Assembly (NCBI GenBank): GCA_937873445.1
Contig: CALMWF010000047.1
Span: 38,542 to 62,541, forward strand
DNA: 24,000 bases
Direction: 5' to 3'
From: an uncultured Alphaproteobacteria bacterium
Lineage (GTDB): Bacteria; Pseudomonadota; Alphaproteobacteria; Rhizobiales; Aestuariivirgaceae
Part shown: positions 16,244 through 24,000 of the stretch, one piece after another
Position numbering within the stretch: the stretch's first letter is position 1
How the letters are laid out: each line of letters starts with the position of its first letter
Translations under genes and position numbers: made by a program
The notes under the pieces: generated by a model
Told to the model about the DNA's origin: nothing
Databases searched by the model: none
The model's input: the letters and a program-made list of their open reading frames with translations, nothing else

Positions 16244-17131
16244 ATGCCCGACCAGACCCTCATCACCCTTCGCGATTTTCTGCGTCACGCCGTGTCGTCC
16301 TTCCGCCGCGCCGATCTGGTGCACGGCCATGGCACCACCTCGGTCATTGATGAGGCGGCCTTTCTGCTGCTGGAAACGCTGAAACTGCCGGTGGATGACA
16401 TCAACCCCTGGCTTGATGCCAGACTGCTGCCGGAGGAGCGCAAGGCGCTGGCCGACATCATCAGCAGGCGCATCACCACCCGCATGCCCGCCGCCTATCT
16501 CACCCGCCGCACCTATATCCACGGCGTGCCGTTTTATGTCGATGAGCGGGTCATCGTGCCCCGCTCCTACATCGGCGAACTGATGTTTTCCGGCCTGTTC
16601 GGCGGCGACGGCTTCAACCTCATCGATGATCCGGCCAGCGTCACCAGCGTGCTCGATCTCTGCACCGGCTCCGGCTGCCTCGCCATTCTGGCGGCAGGCA
16701 TCTTTGTCAACGCCCGCATCGACGCCACCGACCTGTCCGCCGCCGCCCTCGAAGTGGCGGCCATCAATGTCCGCGACCATGGCCTTGATGAGCAGATCAC
16801 CCTGCATCAGGGCGATCTGTTCGCGCCGCTGAAAAACCGGCGCTATGACCTCATCATCAGCAACCCGCCCTATGTGGCGCGCGCGGAAGTGGCCGCCTTT
16901 GCGCCGGAATATGCCGCCGAGCCCGCCATGGCCCACCTTGGCGGTGATGACGGGCTTGATCTGGTGCGCCGCATCCTGCGCGAGGTGCCGCAACACCTCA
17001 CCCCCGGCGGCGGGCTGCTCTGTGAAATGGGTCTGGGCCGCGAATTGATCGAGGCCGAATTCCCCGCCCTCGACTTCCTCTGGCTCGACACCGAGGAAAG
17101 CGAAGGCGAAGTGTTCTTCGTCAGGCTTTAA
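16244..17131 (+). CDS. prmB: Ribosomal protein uL3 glutamine N5-methyltransferase PrmB
   Basis: The sequence is collinear with E. coli PrmB (YfcB): HGHGTTSVIDEAAFLL, MPAAYLTRRTYIHGVPFYVDERVIVPRSYIGEL, DLCTGSGCLAI and the catalytic ISNPPYV. Confidence 0.85.
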   Translation: MPDQTLITLRDFLRHAVSSFRRADLVHGHGTTSVIDEAAFLLLETLKLPVDDINPWLDARLLPEERKALADIISRRITTRMPAAYLTRRTYIHGVPFYVDERVIVPRSYIGELMFSGLFGGDGFNLIDDPASVTSVLDLCTGSGCLAILAAGIFVNARIDATDLSAAALEVAAINVRDHGLDEQITLHQGDLFAPLKNRRYDLIISNPPYVARAEVAAFAPEYAAEPAMAHLGGDDGLDLVRRILREVPQHLTPGGGLLCEMGLGRELIEAEFPALDFLWLDTEESEGEVFFVRL

Positions 17132-17852
17132 GGCCGCTCTCGCGCAGCAGATTGCGCCACAGGCCGCGCGTGAAGCGCTCCATCTCCGGCATCAGCGGAA
17201 AGGCCGTGCGGACGAAATCCTCATAGGCGGAAGGCCCGTGCTCCTCGGTGAGGGCGGCAATCCACTTGGGCAGTGAGGCCCAGCTGCCCATGGATTGAGC
17301 CGTCAGTTCGCAGTGGAACTGTGTGCTCACGGCGTGCCGCCCCACCGCCACCGCCTGAATTTTCGTGCGCTCACCCTCGGCCAGCACCACCGCATTCTGG
17401 GGTGCGCGTTTCACCTCGGCATGGTGCCACTGCATCACCCGGTGCCGCGGCCCCTGCCCGGCCATCAGCGGATGCGCCAGGCCCGCTGCCGTCAGCGCCA
17501 CGTCAAACACGCCCACCTCGCCAAGCTGGGCCGGTCCCACCGCGCCGCCCAGCGCGTCACACAAAAGCTGGTGGCCCAGGCACAGGCCGAAATAGGGCCG
17601 CCCGGCCGACACCCATTCGCGGATCATGGCCTTTTCCTCGGCCAGCCAGGGCACCTCGGCCTCCTGCCAGACATTCTGCGCCCCGCCCTGCACCAGCATC
17701 AGATCGAAGCCTGAGGGATCGGGGAAGGCCGCCCCCTCGAACAGGCGCAGATACACCGGGTAAAATCCGTCGGCAGCGAAAAATTCGAGAAACCGGCCCG
17801 GCGTGTCGTGGTCCATGTGCTGGATGACCAGCGCCTTTCTGTCGAGCTTCAT
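17121..17852 (-). CDS. Class I (type 1) glutamine amidotransferase-like protein
   Basis: The nucleophile elbow YFGLCLGHQLL is present, and the His/Glu pair lies in STQFHCE (compare the QFHPE consensus). The protein is 243 aa with no signal peptide. Its ATG overlaps the RNase T2 stop (ATGA). Confidence 0.85.
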   Translation of the reverse strand: MKLDRKALVIQHMDHDTPGRFLEFFAADGFYPVYLRLFEGAAFPDPSGFDLMLVQGGAQNVWQEAEVPWLAEEKAMIREWVSAGRPYFGLCLGHQLLCDALGGAVGPAQLGEVGVFDVALTAAGLAHPLMAGQGPRHRVMQWHHAEVKRAPQNAVVLAEGERTKIQAVAVGRHAVSTQFHCELTAQSMGSWASLPKWIAALTEEHGPSAYEDFVRTAFPLMPEMERFTRGLWRNLLRESGLKA

Positions 17853-18505
17853 TTGACCCTCGGCATGATGAGTTTTGTGGCCCGGCAGGCGCGCCGCTCA
17901 TTGCCGCCGCAGGCGGCAAAGGCCCCCTGCCGGTCCAGGCAGATGCGCAGGTCAGACAGGCGCGCCGTGTCGCGGCCGTTGCCGCACTGCACCGACAGCA
18001 TGTCGGCGCGCAGACCCAGATTGGTGCCGGTGAAATCGCGCACCAGCTGTTCCGGCGTGGTGATGATATCCTGCTGCGGCGACAGATAGCGCGCCGGAAT
18101 CTTCACCTTCTCGCGCAGCACCCGAATCGCCTTGAAATAATCGGCCTGGGACACACCCGAACAGGTGCCATGCCGCTTCCACTCGTGGATGATGAGATTT
18201 TTCGATGGCATCAGGTCCATCATGCTGTCGATGGTGTTCTGCCCCACCCAGCCTTCGCGGGTTGAGCAGTTTTCCGGCCAGCCCTGCTGAAACTGCGGCC
18301 ACAGCCCATGCACCACAAAGGCAAAGTGCCGGTTCGGCCCGCATTGCGCGGCGTCATCCTGGCCCTTGTCGGCGCAATAGCTGGGCGACCACGACAGCGA
18401 CAGCACGAAATAATCAAACCGCCCCGGCTGCGGCCCGCGCGCCAGCGCCACCCCCGCCGCCAGCGTCAGCGCCAGCGCCACCAAGCCTGCCTTCAAAACC
18501 CTCAC
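17849..18505 (-). CDS. Ribonuclease T2 family (RNase I-like), secreted/periplasmic
   Basis: Both catalytic signatures are present: CAS I FVVHGLWPQ and CAS II IIHEWKRHGTC. The signal peptide is MRVLKAGLVALALTLAAGVALA. The start is GTG at 18505, with the SD GGGAGG 5 nt upstream. Confidence 0.9.
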   Translation of the reverse strand: MRVLKAGLVALALTLAAGVALARGPQPGRFDYFVLSLSWSPSYCADKGQDDAAQCGPNRHFAFVVHGLWPQFQQGWPENCSTREGWVGQNTIDSMMDLMPSKNLIIHEWKRHGTCSGVSQADYFKAIRVLREKVKIPARYLSPQQDIITTPEQLVRDFTGTNLGLRADMLSVQCGNGRDTARLSDLRICLDRQGAFAACGGNERRACRATKLIMPRVK

Positions 18506-18643
18506 CCCTGCCTCCCGGTACTGTTCCGGCCCTGCCTAACGCATCCTGCCCTGTGACGGAACCGGCAAAAGGCGGAAAACGCCAGGCCACCAACCCGTGA
18601 GAGCGCCGGTTTTGCGGCAGCCAGCCATGTTCCGCTCTGGCAC

Positions 18644-18661
18644 AAAAAAGCCCCTGCGGGC
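18644..18661 (-). terminator. Probable terminator of cspA
   Basis: The - strand reads GCCC-gcag-GGGC followed by TTTTTT. On the + strand this is an A-run at 18644..18649 and the stem at 18650..18661. It lies 47 nt downstream of the cspA stop. The stem is only 4 bp. Confidence 0.4.
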
Positions 18662-18707
18662 CATTCTGAGCGGCCGCCGGGGCAAACCATGATGCTGCGG
18701 TGGGAGT

Positions 18708-18920
18708 TTACAGAAGCTGGAGATCGACCGCCTGGGGCCCGCGGCCGCGCGCATCGTTCTGAACCTCAAAGCTCACCCTGGTGCCTTCGGTGAGTTCCGG
18801 AATGCCCGAGCGCTGCACAGCCGTGATATGCACGAAGACATCCTTGCCGCCGCCTTCCGGTGCGACAAACCCATAGCCCTTGGCCTGATTGAAGAACTTT
18901 ACAGTGCCGTTCTGGCGCAT
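18708..18920 (-). CDS. cspA: Cold-shock protein (CspA family)
   Basis: GTVKFFNQAKGYGFVAPEGGGKDVFVHITAV contains the RNP1 (KGYGF) and RNP2 (VFVH) motifs. I place the start at ATG 18920 (MRQNGTVKFF), which has the SD GGGAG upstream. The product is 70 aa. Confidence 0.9.
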   Translation of the reverse strand: MRQNGTVKFFNQAKGYGFVAPEGGGKDVFVHITAVQRSGIPELTEGTRVSFEVQNDARGRGPQAVDLQLL

Positions 18921-18979
18921 CTGCAGAAAACTCCCTATCGTCCAGGCCGGGAGCACGCCGGCCCCGACCTCTGATCACG

Positions 18980-19008
18980 AGTATGCGACACGTTGTCTCT
19001 TGCGGCAA
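18980..19008 (-). promoter_or_regulatory. Candidate cspA promoter
   Basis: The - strand reads TTGCCG (19008..19003), a 17-nt spacer, then CATACT (18985..18980). The predicted 5' UTR is about 55 to 60 nt and contains the stem GGCCGG-cgtgctc-CCGGCC. Confidence 0.4.
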
Positions 19009-19164
19009 GCCCCCTCTTTACAACTGAGAATCGCCTTGTGCAGCGCGAAATAAACCGGCTGGCGGCACCGCCCCCCGTCAATCATCTGTGACCGGATAAA
19101 CGCTGAAAGGTCTTTACTCCCTGCCCACCTTGGCCATAGTGCCGGGCGCGTTGAGGAGTTGCTG

Positions 19165-19782
19165 ATGTCGCCCAAGATTTTTTCCTGTCTCGCCGCGCTG
19201 CTGCTGGCCACCGCTGCGGCAGAGGCCAGGCCGGTGCAGACCACCACCTACAAGTACTATCCCATCAAGGGCACCAATGTGTCCCAGGTCTATGCCAGCA
19301 TGATCAAGCGCGGCCCGGACGTGCATGGCGACAGCGCCTATGCCGCCACTGCCGCCACCTCCTCGCAGAGCGGCAAGCTGGTGCAGGGCAAAACCTGCCG
19401 CATTGAGGATTACCGCTTCAAGATCGACTTTGTCGTCAAGCTGCCGCGCCTCAGCAATGAAAAGGCCCTGAACAGCGAAACTCTGGCCAACTGGCGGCGC
19501 TTTCAGCAGTTCCTCAAAGCCCATGAGGACCACCACCGCCAGATCTGGCTTGGCTGCGCCGCCGGCCTTGAAGCAAAGGTCAAGACCATGACGGCGCCCG
19601 ACTGCCAGACGTTGGACCGGCGCGCCACGAAACTGTGGAAGGACATGCAGGCCAGCTGCACCCGCCAGCACCAGGCCTTTGATGCCGCCGAACAGCGCCG
19701 CGTGCTCAGGCATCCCTTTGTGCGTCAGGTCATCCGCCAGATGTCAAAGCACAACAATGCCCTGACCATTTCGGTTGATTGA
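19165..19782 (+). CDS. DUF922-family predicted secreted Zn-dependent peptidase
   Basis: The signal peptide is MSPKIFSCLAALLLATAAAEA. An HEDHH metal-binding-like motif is present, in a size and layout typical of DUF922. The start is ATG 19165, 6 nt after the SD GAGGAG. The track start (TTG 19159) is less likely. Confidence 0.55.
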   Translation: MSPKIFSCLAALLLATAAAEARPVQTTTYKYYPIKGTNVSQVYASMIKRGPDVHGDSAYAATAATSSQSGKLVQGKTCRIEDYRFKIDFVVKLPRLSNEKALNSETLANWRRFQQFLKAHEDHHRQIWLGCAAGLEAKVKTMTAPDCQTLDRRATKLWKDMQASCTRQHQAFDAAEQRRVLRHPFVRQVIRQMSKHNNALTISVD

Positions 19783-19783
19783 G

Positions 19784-20665
19784 TCAGACCTCGGGTTTCA
19801 ACACCCGCCCGGCAATGGCTGACACCTTGGCCACCAGATAGGGATCGCGCCGGTCGGGCCGGGTCATGATGGCATGATCGAGCGCCCGGTCTGAACCGAT
19901 GGGACAGGGCTGATGCTCGGTCGGCAGCAGTGCCGCCACCCGCGCCACCAGACGGCGCGCCGCATCGGCATTGCCTTTCAGCACGGCGATGATCTGGCGC
20001 ACATCCACCACATCATGGTCCGGGTGCCAGGCGTCATAGTCTGTCACCATGGCCACCGTGCAGTAGCAAATCTCGGCCTCGCGCGCCAGTTTGGCCTCCG
20101 GCATGTTGGTCATGCCGATCACGGAAGCACCCCAGGAGCGATACAGTTCCGATTCCGCCAGGGTGGAAAACTGCGGCCCCTCCATCACCACATAGGTGCC
20201 GCCCCGGCTGAAGCTGATGCCCTCTGCCGCGAGCGCCTGGGCCGCCACCTCCTGCAAGCCCGGTGAAATGGGGTGGGCAAAGGGCACATGCGCCACCAGC
20301 CCTGGCCCGAAGAAGCTTTTCTCGCGCGCAATGGTGCGGTCGATGAACTGGTCCACCAGAACGAAATGCCCCGGCGCCAGTTCTTCCTTCAGCGATCCCA
20401 CCGCCGACAGCGACACCAGGTCCGTGACCCCCAGCCGCTTCAGCGCGTCGATATTGGCGCGGTAGTTGATGGAACTGGGGCTCTGGACATGGCCGCGCCC
20501 GTGGCGGGGCAGAAAGGCCACGGCAGTGCCGCCAATGCGCCCCAGCCTGATTTCATCTGACGGATCCCCCCAGGGCGTGGCCACGGCCTCCCAGCGCGAA
20601 TCGTCCATGGCCAGATCATAGATACCCGATCCGCCGATCACCCCCAGAACCGTCTGCACCATCAT
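19784..20665 (-). CDS. mtnP: S-methyl-5'-thioadenosine phosphorylase
   Basis: LGVIGGSGIYDL, FLPRHGRGH, GPQFSTLAES and VIGMTNMPEAKLAREAEICY are the MTAP / PNP family 2 blocks. The SD GGAGGAGG lies upstream. Confidence 0.9.
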   Translation of the reverse strand: MMVQTVLGVIGGSGIYDLAMDDSRWEAVATPWGDPSDEIRLGRIGGTAVAFLPRHGRGHVQSPSSINYRANIDALKRLGVTDLVSLSAVGSLKEELAPGHFVLVDQFIDRTIAREKSFFGPGLVAHVPFAHPISPGLQEVAAQALAAEGISFSRGGTYVVMEGPQFSTLAESELYRSWGASVIGMTNMPEAKLAREAEICYCTVAMVTDYDAWHPDHDVVDVRQIIAVLKGNADAARRLVARVAALLPTEHQPCPIGSDRALDHAIMTRPDRRDPYLVAKVSAIAGRVLKPEV

Positions 20666-20695
20666 GGCCTCCTCCGCCGCCCCGGCGGCACCGGC

Positions 20696-21442
20696 CTATG
20701 AGGCAATGGCAAGCGTCTCTGGGTCAAGGGTTTCTTCTGCCGCAACCTGATCGCGCCCGGCGCGCTTGGCGCGGTAGAGATGATGGTCGGCCACATTCAG
20801 GGTCTCGCTGAAGGGCCGGTGGCTGCGGTCTTCGGCCACGCCGACGCTGAAGGTCAGGCGGATGCTCTGGTCTGCGTGCAGGATGGGCTGGTTGCGCATT
20901 GCCGCGCAACAGCCCTGGGCCGCCAGCAGGGCCTGGCGCCGCGACACCGCCGGCATGAACACGGCAAATTCCTCGCCGCCGATACGTCCGCACAGGCCGG
21001 TGGGACCGATCGTCTGGTTGATCAGTGTGGCCGCCGTGCGCAACACCTCGTCCCCCGCCGGATGGCCATAGGTGTCATTGATCGCCTTGAAATGATCGGC
21101 ATCCAGCAGCAGTAGGAAGCCGCCGCGCACCCGCAGGGCCTCGGTCTGGCGCAGAAACTCGCCGCGCGTCAGAAGCCCGGTCAGATTGTCGTATTTCACA
21201 TGTGCATCCACCGCCGCGATGGTCCGGTTCAGCAGCATGAGCATGTAGTTGAAGGCAACCGACAGCGGCAGGGCGATGAACAGGGGAATGACCGCCGCAA
21301 TGGCCACGATGGGCAACAGAATACCCCTGGGCAAGGGCCATAGCACCACCACGACCGTAATCACCGGCACCGCCACCGCCAGCGCTGTCGCGAGAAGCGA
21401 ATAGATCACCACCTGCTTCCAGCCTGTTATCTTGAACCGCAT
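20696..21442 (-). CDS. Membrane-anchored diguanylate cyclase (GGDEF domain)
   Basis: Two or three N-terminal TM segments are followed by LLLLDADHFKAINDTYGHPAGDEVL and the active site RIGGEEFAVF. No RxxD I-site is visible five residues upstream of GGEEF. The start is uncertain among 21442, 21451 and 21490. Confidence 0.85.
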   Translation of the reverse strand: MRFKITGWKQVVIYSLLATALAVAVPVITVVVVLWPLPRGILLPIVAIAAVIPLFIALPLSVAFNYMLMLLNRTIAAVDAHVKYDNLTGLLTRGEFLRQTEALRVRGGFLLLLDADHFKAINDTYGHPAGDEVLRTAATLINQTIGPTGLCGRIGGEEFAVFMPAVSRRQALLAAQGCCAAMRNQPILHADQSIRLTFSVGVAEDRSHRPFSETLNVADHHLYRAKRAGRDQVAAEETLDPETLAIAS

Positions 21443-21530
21443 GGTCCCCATCCCATCGGACGGGAACACTAGTCCCCAGGCTTTTAACAATCTTAAGGAA
21501 CAATACTTCGATTTTTAGCAATGACCACGC

Positions 21531-21561
21531 AAAAGCCCCCGGAAGCGGGGCTTCCGGGGGC
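21531..21561 (-). terminator. Rho-independent terminator of the petABC operon
   Basis: A perfect 12-bp stem: GCCCCCGGAAGC / GCTTCCGGGGGC (21535..21546 and 21550..21561) with a 3-nt loop. On the - strand it is followed by TTTT (21534..21531). It lies 33 nt downstream of the petC stop. Confidence 0.85.
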
Positions 21562-21594
21562 TTGGTGCCGTCAGGGTAACCCGGTGTTAACCGC

Positions 21595-22410
21595 TCAATG
21601 CGGCACGCCCGCCCAGATTTTCTTCTTCACCAGATAGAGCATCAGCGTGAACACGGCGAGGTAAAGCAGCGTCATGAAGCCGAGGTGCTTGCGCGCCTCC
21701 ATCTTCGGCTCTGCCGTCCAGGCCAGAAAGGCCGACACGTCGCGGGCCATCTGGTCCACCGTCGCCTTGGTGCCGTCGTCATAGGTCACCACGTCATCCG
21801 ACAGCGGCGCCGGCATGCCGATCCACGGGCCGGCGGCGAAATAATGGTTCAGCGACTTGCCGGGCGGCTGCAGCTTGGCCATTTCCTCGTCCGGTTCCTC
21901 ATAGCCGGTCAGCACCGAATAGACATATTGCGGGCCGCCGATGCCGTTGAAGAACTGGTTGATGGTGCCATACCAGCCGGGCCGCGCCTTGGTGATGAGC
22001 GACAGGTCGGGCGGCAGGGCGCCGCCATTGGCCGCCTTGGCCGCCTGGTCATTGGCAAAGGGCGACGGGAAGCGGTCGGACGGCAGGCCGGGACGGTCGA
22101 ACATCTCGCCGTCCTCGTTGGGGCCATCCTTCACCGTGAAGGTGGCCGCCAGCGCCTTGACCTGCTCGGCGGTGAATTCCGGCCCGCCCTTGTCAGACAG
22201 GTTGCGGAACGACATCAGCTTCATGGAGTGGCAGTTGGCGCACACTTCCTTGTAAACCTTGTAGCCGCGCTGCAACTGGCCCCGGTCAAAGGTGCCCAGA
22301 GGCCCTTCAAAGCTGTAGGAAATGCCCTTGGCGGGAAGCACGCCCTCCGCCTGGGCCACCCCGGTGAGGGCGGCGAAGGCGACGCTGGCAATGATGAAAA
22401 TCTTGCGCAT
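21595..22410 (-). CDS. petC: Cytochrome c1 of the ubiquinol-cytochrome c reductase complex
   Basis: The signal peptide is MRKIFIIASVAFAALTGVAQA. The heme-binding motif is CANCHS. A C-terminal anchor LGFMTLLYLAVFTLMLYLV is present. The gene lies immediately downstream of cytochrome b. I place the start at ATG 22410. Confidence 0.9.
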   Translation of the reverse strand: MRKIFIIASVAFAALTGVAQAEGVLPAKGISYSFEGPLGTFDRGQLQRGYKVYKEVCANCHSMKLMSFRNLSDKGGPEFTAEQVKALAATFTVKDGPNEDGEMFDRPGLPSDRFPSPFANDQAAKAANGGALPPDLSLITKARPGWYGTINQFFNGIGGPQYVYSVLTGYEEPDEEMAKLQPPGKSLNHYFAAGPWIGMPAPLSDDVVTYDDGTKATVDQMARDVSAFLAWTAEPKMEARKHLGFMTLLYLAVFTLMLYLVKKKIWAGVPH

Positions 22411-22429
22411 GGTTTTGTCCTTTCCGCTC

Positions 22430-23716
22430 TCAGGCCGCATGATCATGGGCTTTGGCCAGCACCGCCTCGGTGATGGAGGCCGGGGCCTTTTCGGTGCGTT
22501 CGATCTTGCTGACCAGAGGGATGATCACCAGGAAGTGGAAGAAGTACCAGAAGGTCGCCAGCTGACCGACGATCTTGTAGGTGAAGTGGAAGCCGCCGTC
22601 GGCCGGAGCCGCATGATGGCTGAGGAAGTAGTTGTCCGGCAGGCCCGATCCGGCGAAGCCCAGGATCACGCACACCACCACGAAGATCCAGAAGAACACC
22701 CGTGATAGCGGCCGGTACTTGAACGAGCGCAGCGGCGAGCGGTCAAGCCAGGGCAGGAAGAACAGGATCAGGATTGACGCGAACATGGCAATGACGCCGC
22801 CCAGCTTGTCCGGGATGGCGCGCAGAATGGCGTAGAACGGCAGGTAATACCATTCCGGCACGATGTGCGCAGGCGTCACCAGCGGGTTGGCAGGATCGTA
22901 GTTGATGGCGTGGCCAAGATAGTTGGGCGAATAAAACACCCAGGCCATGTAGAACACCAGAAAGGCCACGATCGCGAACAGGTCCTTCATCGTGTAGTAG
23001 GGATGGAAGGGCAGCGTGTCCTGGCTCGACTTCACGCTGATGCCGGTCGGGTTGTTGTTGCCCGGCACATGCAGCGCCCAGATATGCAGGCCCACCGCCG
23101 CCGCCAGCACGAAGGGCAGCAGATAGTGGAGCGAGAAGAACCGGTTCAGCGTCGGATTATCGATGGAGAAGCCGCCCCACAGCCAGGTGGTGATGGCATC
23201 GCCGACAAAGGGAATGGCCGAGAACAGGTTGGTGATGACCTTGGCGCCCCAGAACGACATCTGCCCCCAGGGCAGCACATAGCCCATGAAGGCGGTGGCC
23301 ATCATGATGAGATAGATGACCACGCCGATCATCCACAGCACTTCGCGCGGGGCCTTGTAGGAGCCGTAATACATGCCGCGGAAAATGTGGATGTAGACGG
23401 CGATGAAGAACATCGACGCGCCGTTGGCGTGCATGTAGCGGATGAGCCAGCCGTAGTTCACGTCGCGCATGATGTGCTCGACGGAGTTGAAGGCGAGATC
23501 GACATGCGGGGTGTAGTGCATGGCCAGCACCACGCCGGTCAGGATCTGCACCACCAGCATGGTGGCAAGGATGCCGCCGAAGGTCCACCAGTAGTTCAGG
23601 TTGCGCGGGGTGGGAAAATCCATGCCCTGCGCCTGAATGAGCTCCATGATCGGGAGCCGTTCATGCAGCCACTTGCCGAAGCGCGTGGTCGGTTGATAGT
23701 TCGAATGACCGCTCAT
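22430..23716 (-). CDS. petB: Cytochrome b of the bc1 complex
   Basis: [29 protein letters not shown], the PEWY motif ([15 protein letters not shown]) and heme-ligand His-containing helices are present. The start is ATG 23716 ([10 protein letters not shown]). The track ORF extends artefactually to 23824. Confidence 0.95.
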   Translation of the reverse strand: MSGHSNYQPTTRFGKWLHERLPIMELIQAQGMDFPTPRNLNYWWTFGGILATMLVVQILTGVVLAMHYTPHVDLAFNSVEHIMRDVNYGWLIRYMHANGASMFFIAVYIHIFRGMYYGSYKAPREVLWMIGVVIYLIMMATAFMGYVLPWGQMSFWGAKVITNLFSAIPFVGDAITTWLWGGFSIDNPTLNRFFSLHYLLPFVLAAAVGLHIWALHVPGNNNPTGISVKSSQDTLPFHPYYTMKDLFAIVAFLVFYMAWVFYSPNYLGHAINYDPANPLVTPAHIVPEWYYLPFYAILRAIPDKLGGVIAMFASILILFFLPWLDRSPLRSFKYRPLSRVFFWIFVVVCVILGFAGSGLPDNYFLSHHAAPADGGFHFTYKIVGQLATFWYFFHFLVIIPLVSKIERTEKAPASITEAVLAKAHDHAA

Positions 23717-23726
23717 GATGCGCCCC

Positions 23727-24000
23727 TTAGCCGATCTTGATCTTGGTGTCGGTGAGATAGCTGTAAACCGGCACCGGCAGGTTCTGCGGCGCCGGACCCT
23801 TGCGGATGCGGCCCGCCGTATCATAGTGCGAGCCGTGGCACGGGCAGAACCAGCCGCCCTGCTTCACATTGTCGACCAGCGCGGCATAATCGCCGTCATT
23901 GCCGATGGGCACGCAGCCGAGATGGGTGCACACGCCCATCATGATGAGATACTGTTCCTTGCCGCCCACCACGCGGTTTTCGTCGGTGGCCGGGTCACTT
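23727..24000 (-). CDS. petA: Rieske iron-sulfur subunit of the bc1 complex, C-terminal part (the gene continues beyond the window)
   Basis: The 2Fe-2S boxes CTHLGCVP and CPCHGSHYD are present. The frame is open to the window edge. The stop is 10 nt upstream of the petB start. Confidence 0.9.
   Translation of the reverse strand, partial: SDPATDENRVVGGKEQYLIMMGVCTHLGCVPIGNDGDYAALVDNVKQGGWFCPCHGSHYDTAGRIRKGPAPQNLPVPVYSYLTDTKIKIG

Noticed and set aside
14984-16996. A 670-aa ORF on the minus strand spanning 2 kb
   Set aside because: It runs antisense to two well-supported + strand genes (the MFS transporter and prmB). Its translation is Gly/Ala/Arg/His-rich low-complexity sequence with no motifs. 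Long stop-free antisense frames are an expected artefact of 65%+ GC with high third-position GC.
18506-18707. The RNase T2 / cspA intergenic region and other spacers, scanned for tRNA, tmRNA or other structured RNA genes
   Set aside because: I found no T-loop (GGTTCGAATCC-like) or cloverleaf arrangement. Only short GC hairpins are present (for example GGCG-gaaaa-CGCC), consistent with terminator or promoter context.
1-24000. A search for CRISPR arrays, long tandem or dispersed repeats, IS ends and integrases
   Set aside because: Reading both strands by eye, I saw no regularly spaced repeats, no long duplicated segments and no recombinase-like ORFs. A computational self-dotplot would be needed to exclude short dispersed repeats.

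Overview
High-GC (roughly 65%) chromosomal segment of alphaproteobacterial type. I call 28 protein-coding genes. I saw no rRNA, tRNA, CRISPR array, integrase or transposase. Most of the window is core housekeeping: a truncated FAD monooxygenase, rlmJ, a DUF486/DMT membrane protein, uvrB, an APC permease, dCMP deaminase, an L,D-transpeptidase, an MBL hydrolase, an MFS transporter, prmB, a class I amidotransferase, RNase T2, cspA, a DUF922 protein, mtnP, a GGDEF cyclase and the petABC cytochrome bc1 operon (petA runs off the 3' edge). The one clear accessory region is a lower-GC insert of about 3.2 kb (4997..8236) between uvrB and a core membrane-protein gene. It carries a co-directional dcm-like m5C methyltransferase (with an N-terminal HTH), vsr and an EcoRII-family endonuclease, and both gene junctions are out-of-frame overlaps. 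This is a recognisable Type IIE CCWGG-type restriction-modification module plus its mismatch-repair partner, so it is not a new system. I do not see a convincing wholly undescribed system. The best second-look candidates are all inference: (1) an L,D-transpeptidase flanked by two paralogous lipoproteins; (2) a secreted RNase T2 translationally coupled (ATGA overlap) to a cytoplasmic amidotransferase; (3) a possible self-regulatory operator for the HTH-methyltransferase; (4) an apparently leaderless uvrB with an SOS-box-like direct repeat over its -10; (5) an orphan terminator-like hairpin upstream of the permease promoter. Several very long ORFs in the track (670 aa, 536 aa, and the 5' part of the 1019 aa ORF) are antisense or extension artefacts of high GC.
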